From contig CAXXYE010000003.1 in the NCBI GenBank assembly GCA_963674865.2, forward strand, positions 357,207-421,206: a DNA stretch of 64,000 nt, read 5' to 3'. The notes under the pieces were generated by a model. The model was given only the letters and a program-made list of their open reading frames with translations. It did no database searches and was not told the DNA's origin. Source of the DNA: Candidatus Hydrogenedentota bacterium. Lineage in GTDB: Bacteria > Hydrogenedentota > Hydrogenedentia > Hydrogenedentales > SLHB01. Made by a program: the position numbers and the translations under genes. This document shows positions 38,353 to 49,212 of this stretch, piece after piece (position 1 is the stretch's first letter; the number at the start of each line of letters is the position of its first letter).

Positions 38353-41046
38353 TCACGCAGGCGTGATGCTCACGAACTTCGTTTCGTATGGCTTGAAGAG
38401 GATCTTGTCATCCCCGCCTGCCACAGGTTCCTCAATGGCATTGACCTCCACCACGCGCGATGTCTGGGCCAGCGACTCCGGCATATCGAGTTCAAGCGGC
38501 GTTTCCTTGCCCTCCAACTCGCGAAGCTGCACAACGAGGCCGTTCCCATCGTGCGCCGGGCGCATCTGGACGAGCAGTAGGTTCGGATTCTTGATTCCGA
38601 GCAGCGAGGCGGATGCAGGGCCCGCATCCACGCTCCGCGGCCCTGAAACACGCGCCACAAGCGGGATCGTTGTTCCCCAACCGAAACGCGTCGCCGCGAT
38701 GCTGGACGTATCGCTTCCCGACATGAGCGCGTAGGTGCACATCCACTCCCCTTCCTGCGCGGCGCGGAAATTCGTCCACCAGTAGTTATTCATTATCCAG
38801 GAGTAGACATGCGGCTGCTCCACCTCGGCGATGTCCTGCCACTTGCCCACGTTGATTTCGCCGAACTGCGCCAACGGCGCCTGCGGGCTTGCCAGCGTCA
38901 CCTGACTATCCTCGCCGCGCACCGTCACGAAAGTCTGAACCGTGTGCCAGTCGGACGCCGTCCGCGGCAACTGATCCTTCCCCGGCCTCGCGAGGCCGCC
39001 CTGCGCCTCATAGACGAGTGTTCCGTAGCGGGGCGCGAACGGGAAGGCTACGTAGATCGCCTCCGGCGTGGTGAGGGCCTTCTTGCGAATCGCATACGTC
39101 AGTTCGATCCGCTTTTCCGGTTTGAAAAGGCGTACTTCAACGCGCACGCCGTTCGGTGTGTCGCACCCATCGGCCTCGCCGGCAAGCGTCACGGCCTTCC
39201 AGATCGGCGTGTCGCTCACGCTAACCACGTATGCGCCCCGCAGAGCGCGGCGGCGGAAGGCATCCCGATTGAAGACGCGGCCCGAATCGTGGCGCGCGCC
39301 TTCCTCCACGGGAAAGTCCTCGTAGATGAACTGCCCAAACCGCCACGGGCCGTCCGGATCGACCAACTCCTTGTCCGTCTCCTTATCGACGATGCTCGTG
39401 ATCGCGCCAAGACGGGCGTCAAACTCCACCTTGTAGAAGGGGCTTTCCAGTATCTCGACGGGAGCTTTGTCGGCCTGCTTGCCGTCCTCGGCGGGCTCGC
39501 CTTCCGGAGCGATGCGGAAGGTCTTGTAGCCGAGTGCCGGCACGTCGGCGGCCCAGAAGCCGATGAACTGGCCCGCGGGCCGCTCATACGCCAGCGTGTG
39601 TCCGGCGGGGCGATCATGAGGGCGGTCATTCAAGGCCTGGGCGGGCGCGGCCCGGCCGGTGTCCTCGTCGATAATCTGAAATCCGGCTCCGCGCGGCGCA
39701 AAGTCGTATTCCACAAATACGCGCACGAATCCGGAGCGTGGCCAATTGAGCGTATTGAACACGGTGATGGTGGGGGCCTTGCGTTGAGGGAGGAGGCTCT
39801 CGATGAGGCCCCAGGTTTCCTCGCGAACCATGGCCGCGTCCTTTACACCTTGCCAGGCAAAGGCCGCCTTCTCCTGCCACTGAACCATCGTCGTCTCGGA
39901 ATAAGGGTCGGCCAGGCTGTCCACGGAGCCGAAGGTATGCTCATCGTAAAGGAGGATCGCCTCGTGGGCATCGGAGAGGCGCCGTTTCGTCTTGTCGGAC
40001 ACTTGAGCGCCGAGAATGGATGCCATGGATAAGAGCCCCGCGCTGGACTGCAAGGCGGCATGGGCCTCGCGGGCCGCGCCGGTTTCGCGCGCCGCCGAGC
40101 CGAATCCGTCTGTCCACCAATCCGGCCAGGCAGCGCGAAATACGGGCAGGTCGTCGCCGTGGTGCCGCTCCATGTGTCCCGGGAACTCCCCGGCCGTCGC
40201 AATGCGCACCTTCGGCCATTCGTGGCTGGCGTTCCACGCGCGAACGAGGTCGCACTGAACCATGGAGGGCGGGGAGTTATCGGTTTCGTGTCCGGAATAC
40301 TGCGCGGCGATGCGGTCGAAAGGATAGCCTTTCTGCTCCAACTCCGCGAGATACTTCGGCAGGGCCTCCTCCACGCGTACGCCCTCGGCCTGTTCCGTGC
40401 CGACCCAATCCCCCACGCGGCCCGTCGCGTTAAAGCCCAGCCAGTTGCCGCAGAAATAGTGGTCGGGCCGGAAGGCGAGGAGTCGCTGGCCGGAAGGCGA
40501 CTCCCACCAGAACACCGTCGGAACGTCGAAAGGCACCAGCGAGCGAAAGCCGTGGACGGCCGTGGTCAGGTAGCGCACGCCGCATCCGCTGAGGTAATCA
40601 GGAAGGGCCCAGGCCATCCCGTTCACATCATTCTGCATCGCCGTGGTGACGCGGACGCCAAGCACATCGATGATCTCACGCAGGCCCGCCAGCGAAGCGA
40701 CGAGGCCGTTCTCCGGCGTGATCTCAGACATGTTGAAGAGCAGCGCCGTCAGTTCGATCCGGCCCTCCTCGACGCGCCGCTTCAGGCGTTCGATTTGCCG
40801 GGAGGGGCGGCGTCTCAGGTACTCGCGCACCGCCCAGGCGGTCTCGCAAGTCCAGCGGAAGCGCGCGTCGTCGGGATAGTCATCGGTAGCGTCACAGAGG
40901 TCGAGAGCCTGATCGATGAAGCGCAAGTGCGCCGGGAGCATCTCATGCTGTGCCGCGGTGTAGCCAAAGTCCGTGTGCGCGTGCTGTACAAGATACACGG
41001 TCCACTGCCGTGCGGGAGTCATTGGACAGTCCTTGCCGGTTGTCAT
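38353..41046 (-). CDS. Glycoside hydrolase family 38-like (alpha-mannosidase fold)
   Basis: VYLVQHAHTDFGYT, FRWTCE, MQNDVNG, FWWESPSG, DWWTDG, LYDEHTFG, VFNTLNWPR, MNNYWWTNF. Confidence 0.85.
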   Translation of the reverse strand: MTTGKDCPMTPARQWTVYLVQHAHTDFGYTAAQHEMLPAHLRFIDQALDLCDATDDYPDDARFRWTCETAWAVREYLRRRPSRQIERLKRRVEEGRIELTALLFNMSEITPENGLVASLAGLREIIDVLGVRVTTAMQNDVNGMAWALPDYLSGCGVRYLTTAVHGFRSLVPFDVPTVFWWESPSGQRLLAFRPDHYFCGNWLGFNATGRVGDWVGTEQAEGVRVEEALPKYLAELEQKGYPFDRIAAQYSGHETDNSPPSMVQCDLVRAWNASHEWPKVRIATAGEFPGHMERHHGDDLPVFRAAWPDWWTDGFGSAARETGAAREAHAALQSSAGLLSMASILGAQVSDKTKRRLSDAHEAILLYDEHTFGSVDSLADPYSETTMVQWQEKAAFAWQGVKDAAMVREETWGLIESLLPQRKAPTITVFNTLNWPRSGFVRVFVEYDFAPRGAGFQIIDEDTGRAAPAQALNDRPHDRPAGHTLAYERPAGQFIGFWAADVPALGYKTFRIAPEGEPAEDGKQADKAPVEILESPFYKVEFDARLGAITSIVDKETDKELVDPDGPWRFGQFIYEDFPVEEGARHDSGRVFNRDAFRRRALRGAYVVSVSDTPIWKAVTLAGEADGCDTPNGVRVEVRLFKPEKRIELTYAIRKKALTTPEAIYVAFPFAPRYGTLVYEAQGGLARPGKDQLPRTASDWHTVQTFVTVRGEDSQVTLASPQAPLAQFGEINVGKWQDIAEVEQPHVYSWIMNNYWWTNFRAAQEGEWMCTYALMSGSDTSSIAATRFGWGTTIPLVARVSGPRSVDAGPASASLLGIKNPNLLLVQMRPAHDGNGLVVQLRELEGKETPLELDMPESLAQTSRVVEVNAIEEPVAGGDDKILFKPYETKFVSITPA

Positions 41047-41130
41047 CGATGTCCCTTCTTCGGGTGTTGCTTCAGGAGTGTGCGGATGATATCCCCCACG
41101 AGGGGTGGGATCAATGCGCGGGAAGAGGGG

Positions 41131-41192
41131 CGCGGAAAGGGGACATGTTCCAAGCGCCGTCCCCGGCGCGACTACCTGTCCCCCCTTTCGCG
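41131..41192. repeat. REP-like hairpin containing the 32-bp repeat shared with 19878-19909
   Basis: cgcggaaaggggaca...tgtcccccctttcgcg arms; overlaps the stop of the GT2-TPR gene. Confidence 0.7.
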
Positions 41193-42512
41193 AGTCTCTA
41201 GCGCTTCGAGGTTGTTCTCGGCGTCCGTCATCCCCGGGGCCAAAGCCAGTGCCCGGCGGAAACACTCCCGTGCCTGCACGCTATATCCCATCGCCGCGAG
41301 CACCACGCCCAGATCGTTTTGGGTGAGCGGGTCCTCATGATCCAGACGCAGGGCCTTGACGAGCGTCGCCAAGGCGCCGTCCGCATCCTCGGCATGGAAT
41401 AGCGCCTCGGCCTCGCGGCGCAGATCGTGTGCGGCGAGGCGATTCTGGAGTTCGTCCAGCCTTGGCGCGGTGTCCAGGGCCGCCGCCAAATGCTCACGCG
41501 CGGCGTCCGGCTCACCAAGTTGCTCCAAGGCGCGCGCCAGGTGTAGGCGGCCCATAATCGACCTCGGCTCGGCCGATACGACGGCCTCAAAGCGGCGTCG
41601 GGCTTGTCCGGGGTCCCCCTGTTTACAGGCTATGGCGCCCAGCGCGATCGCCACGTGGGGCGACGTGATGCCTGCCTCCTCGAGTTTGAGGAGCAGCGCC
41701 TTCGCTGCGTCCAGATTCCCCCTGTTGAGGTGGAGATTCACGATCATAGTGGCCGCGCCGAGATGTAGCGGGTCGATGGCAAGGGCCTTTGCGCAAGCTT
41801 CCTCGGCCTCACCGGCCATGCCGCATGCGAAGCACTGCTCCGCGAGGTCATGCCAGGCCTTGGGGTCGGCCGGCCTCGCCTGCACCTTCCCCTGGGCGAT
41901 CGCCAGGTACCGCTGCGCCTTCTCTGCGGCACGCGCGCCGCCGGTGAGTCCGTGATGGTGTATGACGATGGGCTCCGCCCGGACAACGCCGCCGTACTCG
42001 CGCACGCTCTCGGTGATGTTCTCGTGAACCGCCTCGCGGTACTCGAAGCCGCGCCCATTGCGGAAAAGGCGCAGCAGGCCCACCGGGATGTAGCCCGAGC
42101 GGCCACGGGCGAAAGGGGCATCCGGCTCGACGGGCGCCCAACGCCATGCGCGTGGTTCGTCGCAGTAATTCGCGAGGATAACCTCGATCGCATCCGCGCC
42201 GAAACCATCACCATCGACCAGTTCGCGGATTCTCGCGGCGCCCGCCGGATCTACAAGCTCGTCCGCATCAAGATGAAGCAGCCAGTCGCCCGACGCCTCG
42301 GCCAGCACGCGATTTCTTGCCGCGGCGAAGTCGTTTTCCCAGGGGACATCAACTACCTGCGCGCCATGGCCTCGCGCGACCTCGGCCGTGTCGTCTTGCG
42401 AGCCGGTATCGCCCACGACGATCTCCTGGGCGATGGCGGCTACACTTGAAAGGCATTCCCCGAGACGGGACGCCTCATCCTTGACGATCATCACCACGCT
42501 GAGTGAAGGCAT
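41172..42512 (-). CDS. GT2 glycosyltransferase with TPR repeats
   Basis: LSVVMIVKDE, DTGSQDDT, DFAAARN, WLLHLDADE, VHE; C-terminal TPR pattern. Confidence 0.9.
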   Translation of the reverse strand: MPSLSVVMIVKDEASRLGECLSSVAAIAQEIVVGDTGSQDDTAEVARGHGAQVVDVPWENDFAAARNRVLAEASGDWLLHLDADELVDPAGAARIRELVDGDGFGADAIEVILANYCDEPRAWRWAPVEPDAPFARGRSGYIPVGLLRLFRNGRGFEYREAVHENITESVREYGGVVRAEPIVIHHHGLTGGARAAEKAQRYLAIAQGKVQARPADPKAWHDLAEQCFACGMAGEAEEACAKALAIDPLHLGAATMIVNLHLNRGNLDAAKALLLKLEEAGITSPHVAIALGAIACKQGDPGQARRRFEAVVSAEPRSIMGRLHLARALEQLGEPDAAREHLAAALDTAPRLDELQNRLAAHDLRREAEALFHAEDADGALATLVKALRLDHEDPLTQNDLGVVLAAMGYSVQARECFRRALALAPGMTDAENNLEALETRERGDR

Positions 42513-42625
42513 GTGCTACCCATGGCAGTGTTCGTGGAAACCACGACCCCAAAAAGAACCAGGAGCACGGGCTCGCCCGTGCTCCTGTTGCTCGTTTGAA
42601 TCACCTCGCCCGGTGTATCGTCAGG

Positions 42626-42925
42626 CTAGGGAAGATACTTGCTGATTCGCTGCGCGACCACCTGCACGACCTCGGGACGTTTGTAGTCGCCCCGCTCGAT
42701 GCTTTCCTTCGCTGCGGCCACCTTCTCGGTACGAATGCCCGATTCGTCGGCGGATGCTTCGATGATTCTTGCTACGTTCGCGGCAGCTTGTGCCTCACTA
42801 CTAATGAGGACATCGTCTTTGGCTTGACTCCCGTCGCCGACGTCCTTGGCTCTCCGGTCACGAACGTTGGCCGGGCGTTCTGGTGTCGGCTCTGGTACGC
42901 CGCTTATCCCATTTATCCCAACCAT
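42626..42925 (-). CDS. flgM: Anti-sigma-28 factor FlgM
   Basis: DDVLISSEA, IRTEKVAAAKESIERGDYK, VAQRI; ~99 aa; GGAGG RBS; sigma-28 promoter upstream. Confidence 0.85.
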   Translation of the reverse strand: MVGINGISGVPEPTPERPANVRDRRAKDVGDGSQAKDDVLISSEAQAAANVARIIEASADESGIRTEKVAAAKESIERGDYKRPEVVQVVAQRISKYLP

Positions 42926-42980
42926 TTGCACCTCCTAACCACGAACCCTCACGAACCTGGTTCGCTTGTTCTCGCATAGC

Positions 42981-43008
42981 TTATCGGCAGAACCAACCGT
43001 GACCTTTA
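42981..43008 (-). promoter_or_regulatory. Sigma-28 (FliA/SigD) promoter
   Basis: Minus strand reads TAAA-N16-GCCGATAA, upstream of flgM. Confidence 0.8.
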
Positions 43009-43091
43009 GCCGATCCATGCCAAGAAACCGTTTATCACAGGCCAGTATCCGGTTTCAAGCAGTTTTATCATTTAATGTCCACGAGCCCACA

Positions 43092-44246
43092 TCATCCTCC
43101 AAAGCCCGCGTGGGCTTGCAGGAAGAATCCAAGCACTTCTTCAAGGGTCGGCTCGCCGACTTGGTTCTTGAATCGGGATCTATCGCCATAAATACTGTTG
43201 GCGCAGTCTTTTAGGTCCTCTTCGGTAACGCCGGCATCCTTCGCCGCGCTGGAGACGCCCACATCGTGCATCAGGGCCTGAAGGGCCTCAACGATCTGCT
43301 CCGAGGCGTTCTCCGGCGTGGGTTTCGCCGGAAAACCCAGTGCCGTGGCGATGGCCGCGACTTTTTCGGGCTCGTGCTGCGCATTGTACCGGAAAACGGG
43401 CGCCAGGAGCACGGCGTTGGCCAGTCCATGGGCCAAGCCGAAAACACTTGTTAGGTAATAGCCGAGGCCGTGGACCAGCGTCGTTCCGCTCTGAGCGATC
43501 ACACACCCGGACAGCATCGCGGCGTACATCATCCGCTCACGCGCTTCCAGGTCCTGGCCGTCGGCCACGGCTCTCGGAAGCCACTCCCGGATGATTCGGC
43601 ATCCTTCGAGGGCCAGTGTGTCGCCTTTGGGCGTGCCGCTCTTCGATACCATGCCCTCCATGACCTGGCTGAGGGCGTCGAGTCCGGTGTTGGCGGTCAC
43701 ATGAGATGGCATGGTCGCGGCCAGCTCCGGATCGAGCAGGGCCGTAACCGGGAACAGGCCCCGGCCGCTGACTGTCCGCTTGATTTCCTCGGCAACATCG
43801 GTGATTACGGCGTAAGGAGTCACCTCGCTCCCCGTGCCGGAAGTCGTCGGAATCGTAATAACCGGCAGGTTCGGTTCCGCGTACTTGTCCGTGCCGAAGA
43901 AATCGGCGCAACGGCCCGGATTGCGCGCCAGAACCGCGATGGCCTTGGCTGCGTCCATCGGGCTGCCCCCGCCGAGGGCCACCACGAAATCACAGCCCGC
44001 CTTTCGGCACTCCGCGCCCCCGCGTTCGCAGGTCGTCGTGCTGGGATTCTCCTCGACCTCATCGAAGACGCTTGCCCCCGGAAGTTGCGCCAGCACGCGA
44101 TCCAAAGCGCCACTGGCTCGGGCGGAATGTTCCCCCGTGACGAGCAGCGCCTTGGCGCCCAAACCTGCGCAACGGAGGCCCAGTGAATCCAGAATCCCCC
44201 GACCCAGGACCACTTCGGTCGGCATGAAGTAGCGGAAGGGCTGCAC
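43092..44246 (-). CDS. Iron-containing alcohol dehydrogenase
   Basis: VEENPS, ALGGGSPMDAAK, PTTSGTGSEVT, GLDALSQ, HGLG, HGLANA. Confidence 0.92.
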   Translation of the reverse strand: MQPFRYFMPTEVVLGRGILDSLGLRCAGLGAKALLVTGEHSARASGALDRVLAQLPGASVFDEVEENPSTTTCERGGAECRKAGCDFVVALGGGSPMDAAKAIAVLARNPGRCADFFGTDKYAEPNLPVITIPTTSGTGSEVTPYAVITDVAEEIKRTVSGRGLFPVTALLDPELAATMPSHVTANTGLDALSQVMEGMVSKSGTPKGDTLALEGCRIIREWLPRAVADGQDLEARERMMYAAMLSGCVIAQSGTTLVHGLGYYLTSVFGLAHGLANAVLLAPVFRYNAQHEPEKVAAIATALGFPAKPTPENASEQIVEALQALMHDVGVSSAAKDAGVTEEDLKDCANSIYGDRSRFKNQVGEPTLEEVLGFFLQAHAGFGG

Positions 44247-44250
44247 GAAT

Positions 44251-44730
44251 TCAGCGCCTCTTCCTGAGGCGAGCGGCGAGCGAATCCACCACTTTCTCGG
44301 CGCTTCGCTCGACGTGATGGATCTTCTTCTGTGCCTTGATCGCCGCGCTCGACCCCGGATCCGCCGCGATGGCCTGGCGCCAACTCGCCACGGCCTCCTT
44401 CACCCGGCCCTGCTGGTATAGCGCGTGGCCGAGATACGTGTGTGCCAACGCATAGCCATGATCCGCCATAACGGCCTGGCGGAACACCTCTTCCGCGCGC
44501 TCATAGTCATGGTTGTTGTACGTCCGGCGGCCCCGTTCGACTAACTGCACGGCGTCCTTGTGGTGCTCCGTCTCCGTGGCCTTGCCGAAAGCGTGTGCGA
44601 CCTTCTTGGTATCCTTCGAGACGCCGTTGAGTGCGTCACGCACACTTTCCTTGCGCAAGACAAACCGCTGGACGTGTTTGCCCAGATTCTTGACGTAGGT
44701 TCTAGCCGTTAGCCCCAGGTCCTTCGGCAT
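44251..44730 (-). CDS. TPR protein
   Basis: Two TPR-like repeats (AHTYLGHALYQQG...A..WRQAI..DP). Confidence 0.75.
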   Translation of the reverse strand: MPKDLGLTARTYVKNLGKHVQRFVLRKESVRDALNGVSKDTKKVAHAFGKATETEHHKDAVQLVERGRRTYNNHDYERAEEVFRQAVMADHGYALAHTYLGHALYQQGRVKEAVASWRQAIAADPGSSAAIKAQKKIHHVERSAEKVVDSLAARLRKRR

Positions 44731-44838
44731 GGCATATCCTCCCGCATAATCGGCTGACTATTTTAGCACTTTTTGCAGGAGTGTGCAATCCGTACGCTGA
44801 ACTTGATACCGGCGCTAGGCCGTCCGCCGCCCCCGGCC

Positions 44839-45873
44839 CTAGACGGACACCGCCCGTCGGGCCGCGGCGGACTCATAGCAGGCAGCAAGGACCTGTTGGC
44901 TTCTCAGGCCGATCGCCGCGCCCACGGGCGGCTCCGAGTCATCCAGCACGGCTTGGGCGAAGGCTTCAACTTCGGCCCGGTACATGTTGACTGCGGCCGG
45001 CGCGATGGCCTCGCCATCGCCGATATCGCGGGCCTGCTGGGCGTCGTAACCGCCGCCGGCATCCTGCAGGAAAGCCGTCATCCGGCCTGCTTCGCCCTGT
45101 CCGATAGTCCCCTCGGCCAGAATGCTCCCCTGGGAGCCGTACAATTCGAGCCGGTTCTTGGAACTGGCGTCTGGGACGTTGAACAGGTTGTCCACCACGC
45201 CTTTCGCGCCGTTCTCGAAAGTCAGGAGCGCGACGGCGGTGTCCTCGCTCGCGTAGTCCTGCACGAGATTCCCCGTAGCGCAATACACCTCCACGATGCG
45301 TCCGAAGAACATCTCGAGGAGGTCGATGCAGTGGCCGCCCATGTCCATCAGACTGCCCCCGCCCCCTTCCTTGGGATTCTGCCGCCAGGCACCCGGGATG
45401 GCGGGATACCAGCACGACAACTGCGCCCGCGCCAGCACCGGCGTGCCGAGCTTCCCCTCGCGGATGAGCCGCAGCGCCTCCTGGTGCTGCGAATGAAACC
45501 GCATCATCAGGCCGATGCCGAGCTTCACGCCCTTATCGTTGCAGAGAGAGACAATCCGCTCGGCCTCCGCAACGGTTAGTCCTAGAGGCTTCTCGCAAAG
45601 GACGTGTTTGCCGGCTTCCGCGGCCCGGGCCACCTGAGCGCAGTGAAGCTTGGCCGGCGTCGCGATGTAGACGACGTCGCAATCGCTGCCCAGCAAATCA
45701 TCTTCGGACACGCACGCCGGCGCGCCGAACGTACGCGCCACTTCGGCGTTCGCCTCGGCATCCGCGTCATAAACCGCGACAAGCTCGGCGTTCTCCGCTT
45801 TCGTGATGCCTTCCGGAATCGTCCGGCGCCGGGCGATGCCTCCCGAGCCCCATACCGCCCACCTGGTTTTCAT
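44839..45873 (-). CDS. Gfo/Idh/MocA family oxidoreductase
   Basis: GSGGIA, VYIATP, GKHVLCEKP, GGGSLMDMGGHCID. Confidence 0.92.
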   Translation of the reverse strand: MKTRWAVWGSGGIARRRTIPEGITKAENAELVAVYDADAEANAEVARTFGAPACVSEDDLLGSDCDVVYIATPAKLHCAQVARAAEAGKHVLCEKPLGLTVAEAERIVSLCNDKGVKLGIGLMMRFHSQHQEALRLIREGKLGTPVLARAQLSCWYPAIPGAWRQNPKEGGGGSLMDMGGHCIDLLEMFFGRIVEVYCATGNLVQDYASEDTAVALLTFENGAKGVVDNLFNVPDASSKNRLELYGSQGSILAEGTIGQGEAGRMTAFLQDAGGGYDAQQARDIGDGEAIAPAAVNMYRAEVEAFAQAVLDDSEPPVGAAIGLRSQQVLAACYESAAARRAVSV

Positions 45874-45894
45874 CGGAAATCCTCCTATCACTCG

Positions 45895-47169
45895 CTACTT
45901 GGAGAACGCGCTGATGACTTTGCGAATGCCTTTGGCGATGCCATGCATGTGCTCCTCCTCAAAGGTAGGAAAGATGAACGTGATGAACGTCCGCGCCTGA
46001 TGCCACACCGCGTTCGGCACATCCACCCGCGCATAATCTACCGAGGCGGGACTCGTGTACTCCTTACTCTCGAACGGGAACTTGGAGTTGCCGAAGCCGT
46101 TGTGCTCCGTAAACGCCCGTTCGGTATGGCACTGAGGCCAGAACACGTTCCAGCACGGTGCGCCCTCGGCCCCCAGCGCTTCGAGAAATGTGTTGATATC
46201 GCAAGTCATGTGCTCGATGTCCAGCGTGATGGGGAAGACGAACCAGCCGTTCTGTCGCTCCGATGTATCCACCGGCAGATGGAGTACTTGGGGCACCTCC
46301 TTGAGCGCCTCGATCAGAATGTGAGCATTGCGCCGGCGGCGAGGTAGGTTCCACGTGTCAATGCGTTCGAGTTCGCAAAGGCCAATCGCCGACTGCATCT
46401 CCGTCATGCGGTAATTCCAGCCCAGCATGTTGTGGATGTACGGGAGTTTCTGCTCCATTTCGAGCAAACGCAGCCGCTCCTGCACATTGTAGCCGTGATC
46501 GCGGAAGCTCCGGCAGCGCCACGCGACCTCCTCGTCATTCGTCGTCACCATGCCGCCTTCGCCGCCCGTGGTGAAGGTTTTGTTCTGGCAGAAACTGCAC
46601 GCGGCGATATCGCCCAAGGCGCCGGTCTTCGTGCCCTTGTACGCCCCGCCGAAGGCCTGGGCGTTGTCCTCGATCACCGCCAAGCCGTGCTGCCGCGCCA
46701 GTTCACGGATGGGATCCATATCCGTGACGTTGCCGTATAGGTGCACCGGCATGATCGCCTTCGTGCGCTCGTTGATGAGTGCGGCGGCCGATGCCACGCT
46801 GAGGCAGTGATCTTCCCTGTTCACATCCGCAAACCGCGGAATCGCCCCCGCCTGAAGCACGGAGAACGACGTGGCGATGAAGGTATAACTCGGCACGATA
46901 ACCTCGTCCCCGGGGCCGATTCCCAGGCCGGCCAAGGCCGTATGCAGCGCGCTGGTGCCGTTTGAGGTGCTGATGGCGAATTTCGTGCCCGTCCAGGCCG
47001 CGAACGCTTCCTCAAACTGCATGCCCTTCGGCCCCGTCCAGTAGTTCACCTTTCCGCTGCGCAGCACCTCCGAAACCGCGCTCACCGTGCTCTCGTCAAA
47101 GGCCGGCCAGCCCGGCAACGGCCCCTCGACGGCGCGTTCTCCGCCCCGAATCGCAAGCTCCTCACTCAT
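45895..47169 (-). CDS. DegT/DnrJ/EryC1/StrS PLP-dependent aminotransferase
   Basis: SNGTSALH, GDEVIVPSYTF, IEDNAQA, SFCQNKTFTTGGEGG, GWNYRMTE. Confidence 0.93.
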   Translation of the reverse strand: MSEELAIRGGERAVEGPLPGWPAFDESTVSAVSEVLRSGKVNYWTGPKGMQFEEAFAAWTGTKFAISTSNGTSALHTALAGLGIGPGDEVIVPSYTFIATSFSVLQAGAIPRFADVNREDHCLSVASAAALINERTKAIMPVHLYGNVTDMDPIRELARQHGLAVIEDNAQAFGGAYKGTKTGALGDIAACSFCQNKTFTTGGEGGMVTTNDEEVAWRCRSFRDHGYNVQERLRLLEMEQKLPYIHNMLGWNYRMTEMQSAIGLCELERIDTWNLPRRRRNAHILIEALKEVPQVLHLPVDTSERQNGWFVFPITLDIEHMTCDINTFLEALGAEGAPCWNVFWPQCHTERAFTEHNGFGNSKFPFESKEYTSPASVDYARVDVPNAVWHQARTFITFIFPTFEEEHMHGIAKGIRKVISAFSK

Positions 47170-47322
47170 TGCCCGCTACCCCTTTCGTTTCCCGTGCTCA
47201 AGACTATGCGACACGTGTCCCACGCGCCGGTTCTCAATAGTGCGTTCTTGTATTGGGCCTATGTTGTTCAGCCGGGAGGGACGCGCTCCTGCGCGTCCGC
47301 GGCTCGCCACAGACGAAGAAGC

Positions 47323-47388
47323 GAAAAACGGGGACTGACGCAAGCGAGTCCGCCGTAGGCGAACGAGACGTGTCTGTCCCTGCTTTTC
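47323..47388. repeat. REP-like imperfect hairpin after dapL
   Basis: gaaaaacggggactgac...gtctgtccctgcttttc; same GGGAC/GTCCC arm style as 41131-41192. Confidence 0.45.
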
Positions 47389-48610
47389 AGAGCGACAGGT
47401 TCTCCTGAATACTCCGCACTGCCCGCTCGATATCCTCCGCATGGCCGAAGGCGCTCAGCCGGAAATACCCTTCCCCGGCCGGGCCGAAACCGGAGCCGGG
47501 CGTGCCGACCACATGCGTTTCCTCGATCAGCTTGTCGAAGAAGTCCCAGGACTTCATGCCGTTCGGCGTCCTCAGCCAGATGTAAGGCGCGTTGACCCCG
47601 CCGAACACCCTCAGCCCGAGCTTCTCAAGTCCTTCACGGATGATCCGGGCATTGTTCATGTAGTAGGCGATCACCTCGCCGCACTCTCGCCGGCCCGCTT
47701 CGGACATCACGGCCAGGCCGCCTTCCTGCACGATGTTCGAGGCGCCGTTAAACATGGTGCTCTGCCGCCGGAACCAGAGCCGGTTCAGCCCACCCGGAGG
47801 CGCATCCTCGCATGCGAGGGCCTTCGGCACCACCGTCCACCCGAGCCGCACGCCCGTGAACCCCGCCTCCTTCGAGAAGCTGTTGATCTCGATGGCGCAC
47901 TCCTTCGCGCCTTCCACCTCGAAAATGCTTCTGGGCAGAGACGTGTCAGAGATGAACGCGGCATAAGCGGCATCAAACAGAATCACCGCCTTGTGTTCCC
48001 GCGCGTAATCCACGAAGCTCTTCAACTGCTCCTTCGTCGCGACAGCGCCCGTCGGATTATTCGGACTGCACAGATGAATGAGGTCCACCCGCGCCGTCGG
48101 CAACTCCGGGAAGAACCCGTTCTCCTCCGTGCACTTCATGTACACCAGGCCTTCGTACTGGCCCCCGGCGCCGCGGCCTGTGCGGCCCGCGATGACGTTG
48201 CTATCGACGTACACCGGATACGCGGGATCTTGAACCGCAACCACGTTATCTGTGCCGAAAATGGACAGGATATTCGCCGAGTCCGGCTTGGCCCCATCGC
48301 TGATGAAGACCTCGCTCGGATCAAGCTCGACGCCGTATCCCCGGTATCGCGCAACGAGGGCCTCGCGCAGCGCAATGTCGCCCTGCTCGTCACCGTATCC
48401 GGAGTACGTTCCCACATCGGCCAATTTGTCCACGCCGCGATGCAGTCCCGCGATCACACTCGGAGGCAGCGGCTCCGTCGTATTGCCGATGCCCAGCCGC
48501 ATAACCTTGATTCCAGGATGCTGCTCCTCAAAGGCCCGCGTCCGCCGGCCGATCTCCGGAAACAAGTATCCCGCTTCGAGCTTCTCATAGTTCGGATTGA
48601 TTTTCGCCAT
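47387..48610 (-). CDS. dapL: LL-diaminopimelate aminotransferase
   Basis: [70 protein letters not shown]. Confidence 0.95.
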   Translation of the reverse strand: MAKINPNYEKLEAGYLFPEIGRRTRAFEEQHPGIKVMRLGIGNTTEPLPPSVIAGLHRGVDKLADVGTYSGYGDEQGDIALREALVARYRGYGVELDPSEVFISDGAKPDSANILSIFGTDNVVAVQDPAYPVYVDSNVIAGRTGRGAGGQYEGLVYMKCTEENGFFPELPTARVDLIHLCSPNNPTGAVATKEQLKSFVDYAREHKAVILFDAAYAAFISDTSLPRSIFEVEGAKECAIEINSFSKEAGFTGVRLGWTVVPKALACEDAPPGGLNRLWFRRQSTMFNGASNIVQEGGLAVMSEAGRRECGEVIAYYMNNARIIREGLEKLGLRVFGGVNAPYIWLRTPNGMKSWDFFDKLIEETHVVGTPGSGFGPAGEGYFRLSAFGHAEDIERAVRSIQENLSL

Positions 48611-48738
48611 CGCTGTCTCAGCCCTTCCATACTCTCTTGTCGGCGCGCAATCACAACGGAACCGCCATCATACTTGATGGCCTTGCGCCAAGGGAAACGC
48701 GCTGGAATTCCCCCCGCGCGAGGGTGTAGCCTCGCTCC

Positions 48739-49212
48739 ATGGCTCGCGTTCAACTCGCCATAGAAGACATGCCGAATCGGATGACGCTCCGTGCTCTCTT
48801 GATCGCCGAAGGGCATGAGGTGGCCGACGCCGCGCCGCAGGTGGTTATCACGGATGATGTGGCCGCTGCGCTGGAGTATGCCAAGACGCATCCCACGTTG
48901 ATTCTGGCCGCGGCGGGCGAGATACGCGATGCCGTGGCGGCCATGCGGGAAGGGGTGTTCGGATACCTCTTCGTGCCGTTTCAGCCCGGTGAGGCAGGAT
49001 TGATGGTGAACCGAGCCGCGCGGGCTGGGACACTTGAGGCCGAGGAGCACGAGCCGCTGATTTCGCTGCAAGAGGCCGAGGAGCGCCACATCCTCGACGC
49101 ACTGCGCCGCTGCCGCAATAACAAGGCCGAAGCGGCCCGGGCGCTTGGCATCGGCCGGAACACGCTCTGGCGCAAACTGAACAGGATACGGCAGCAGCGT
49201 GAGCACGAGTAA
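48739..49212 (+). CDS. Degenerate receiver domain fused to Fis-type HTH
   Basis: AVAAMREGVFGYL.VPF (receiver end, Lys missing), SLQEAEERHI..AL...NNKAEAARALGIGRNTLWRKL. Confidence 0.75.
   Translation: MARVQLAIEDMPNRMTLRALLIAEGHEVADAAPQVVITDDVAAALEYAKTHPTLILAAAGEIRDAVAAMREGVFGYLFVPFQPGEAGLMVNRAARAGTLEAEEHEPLISLQEAEERHILDALRRCRNNKAEAARALGIGRNTLWRKLNRIRQQREHE

Noticed and set aside
43008..43023. Sigma-54 promoter upstream of flgM (TTGGCATGGATCGGCT on minus strand)
   Set aside because: The GG-to-GC spacing is one base short.
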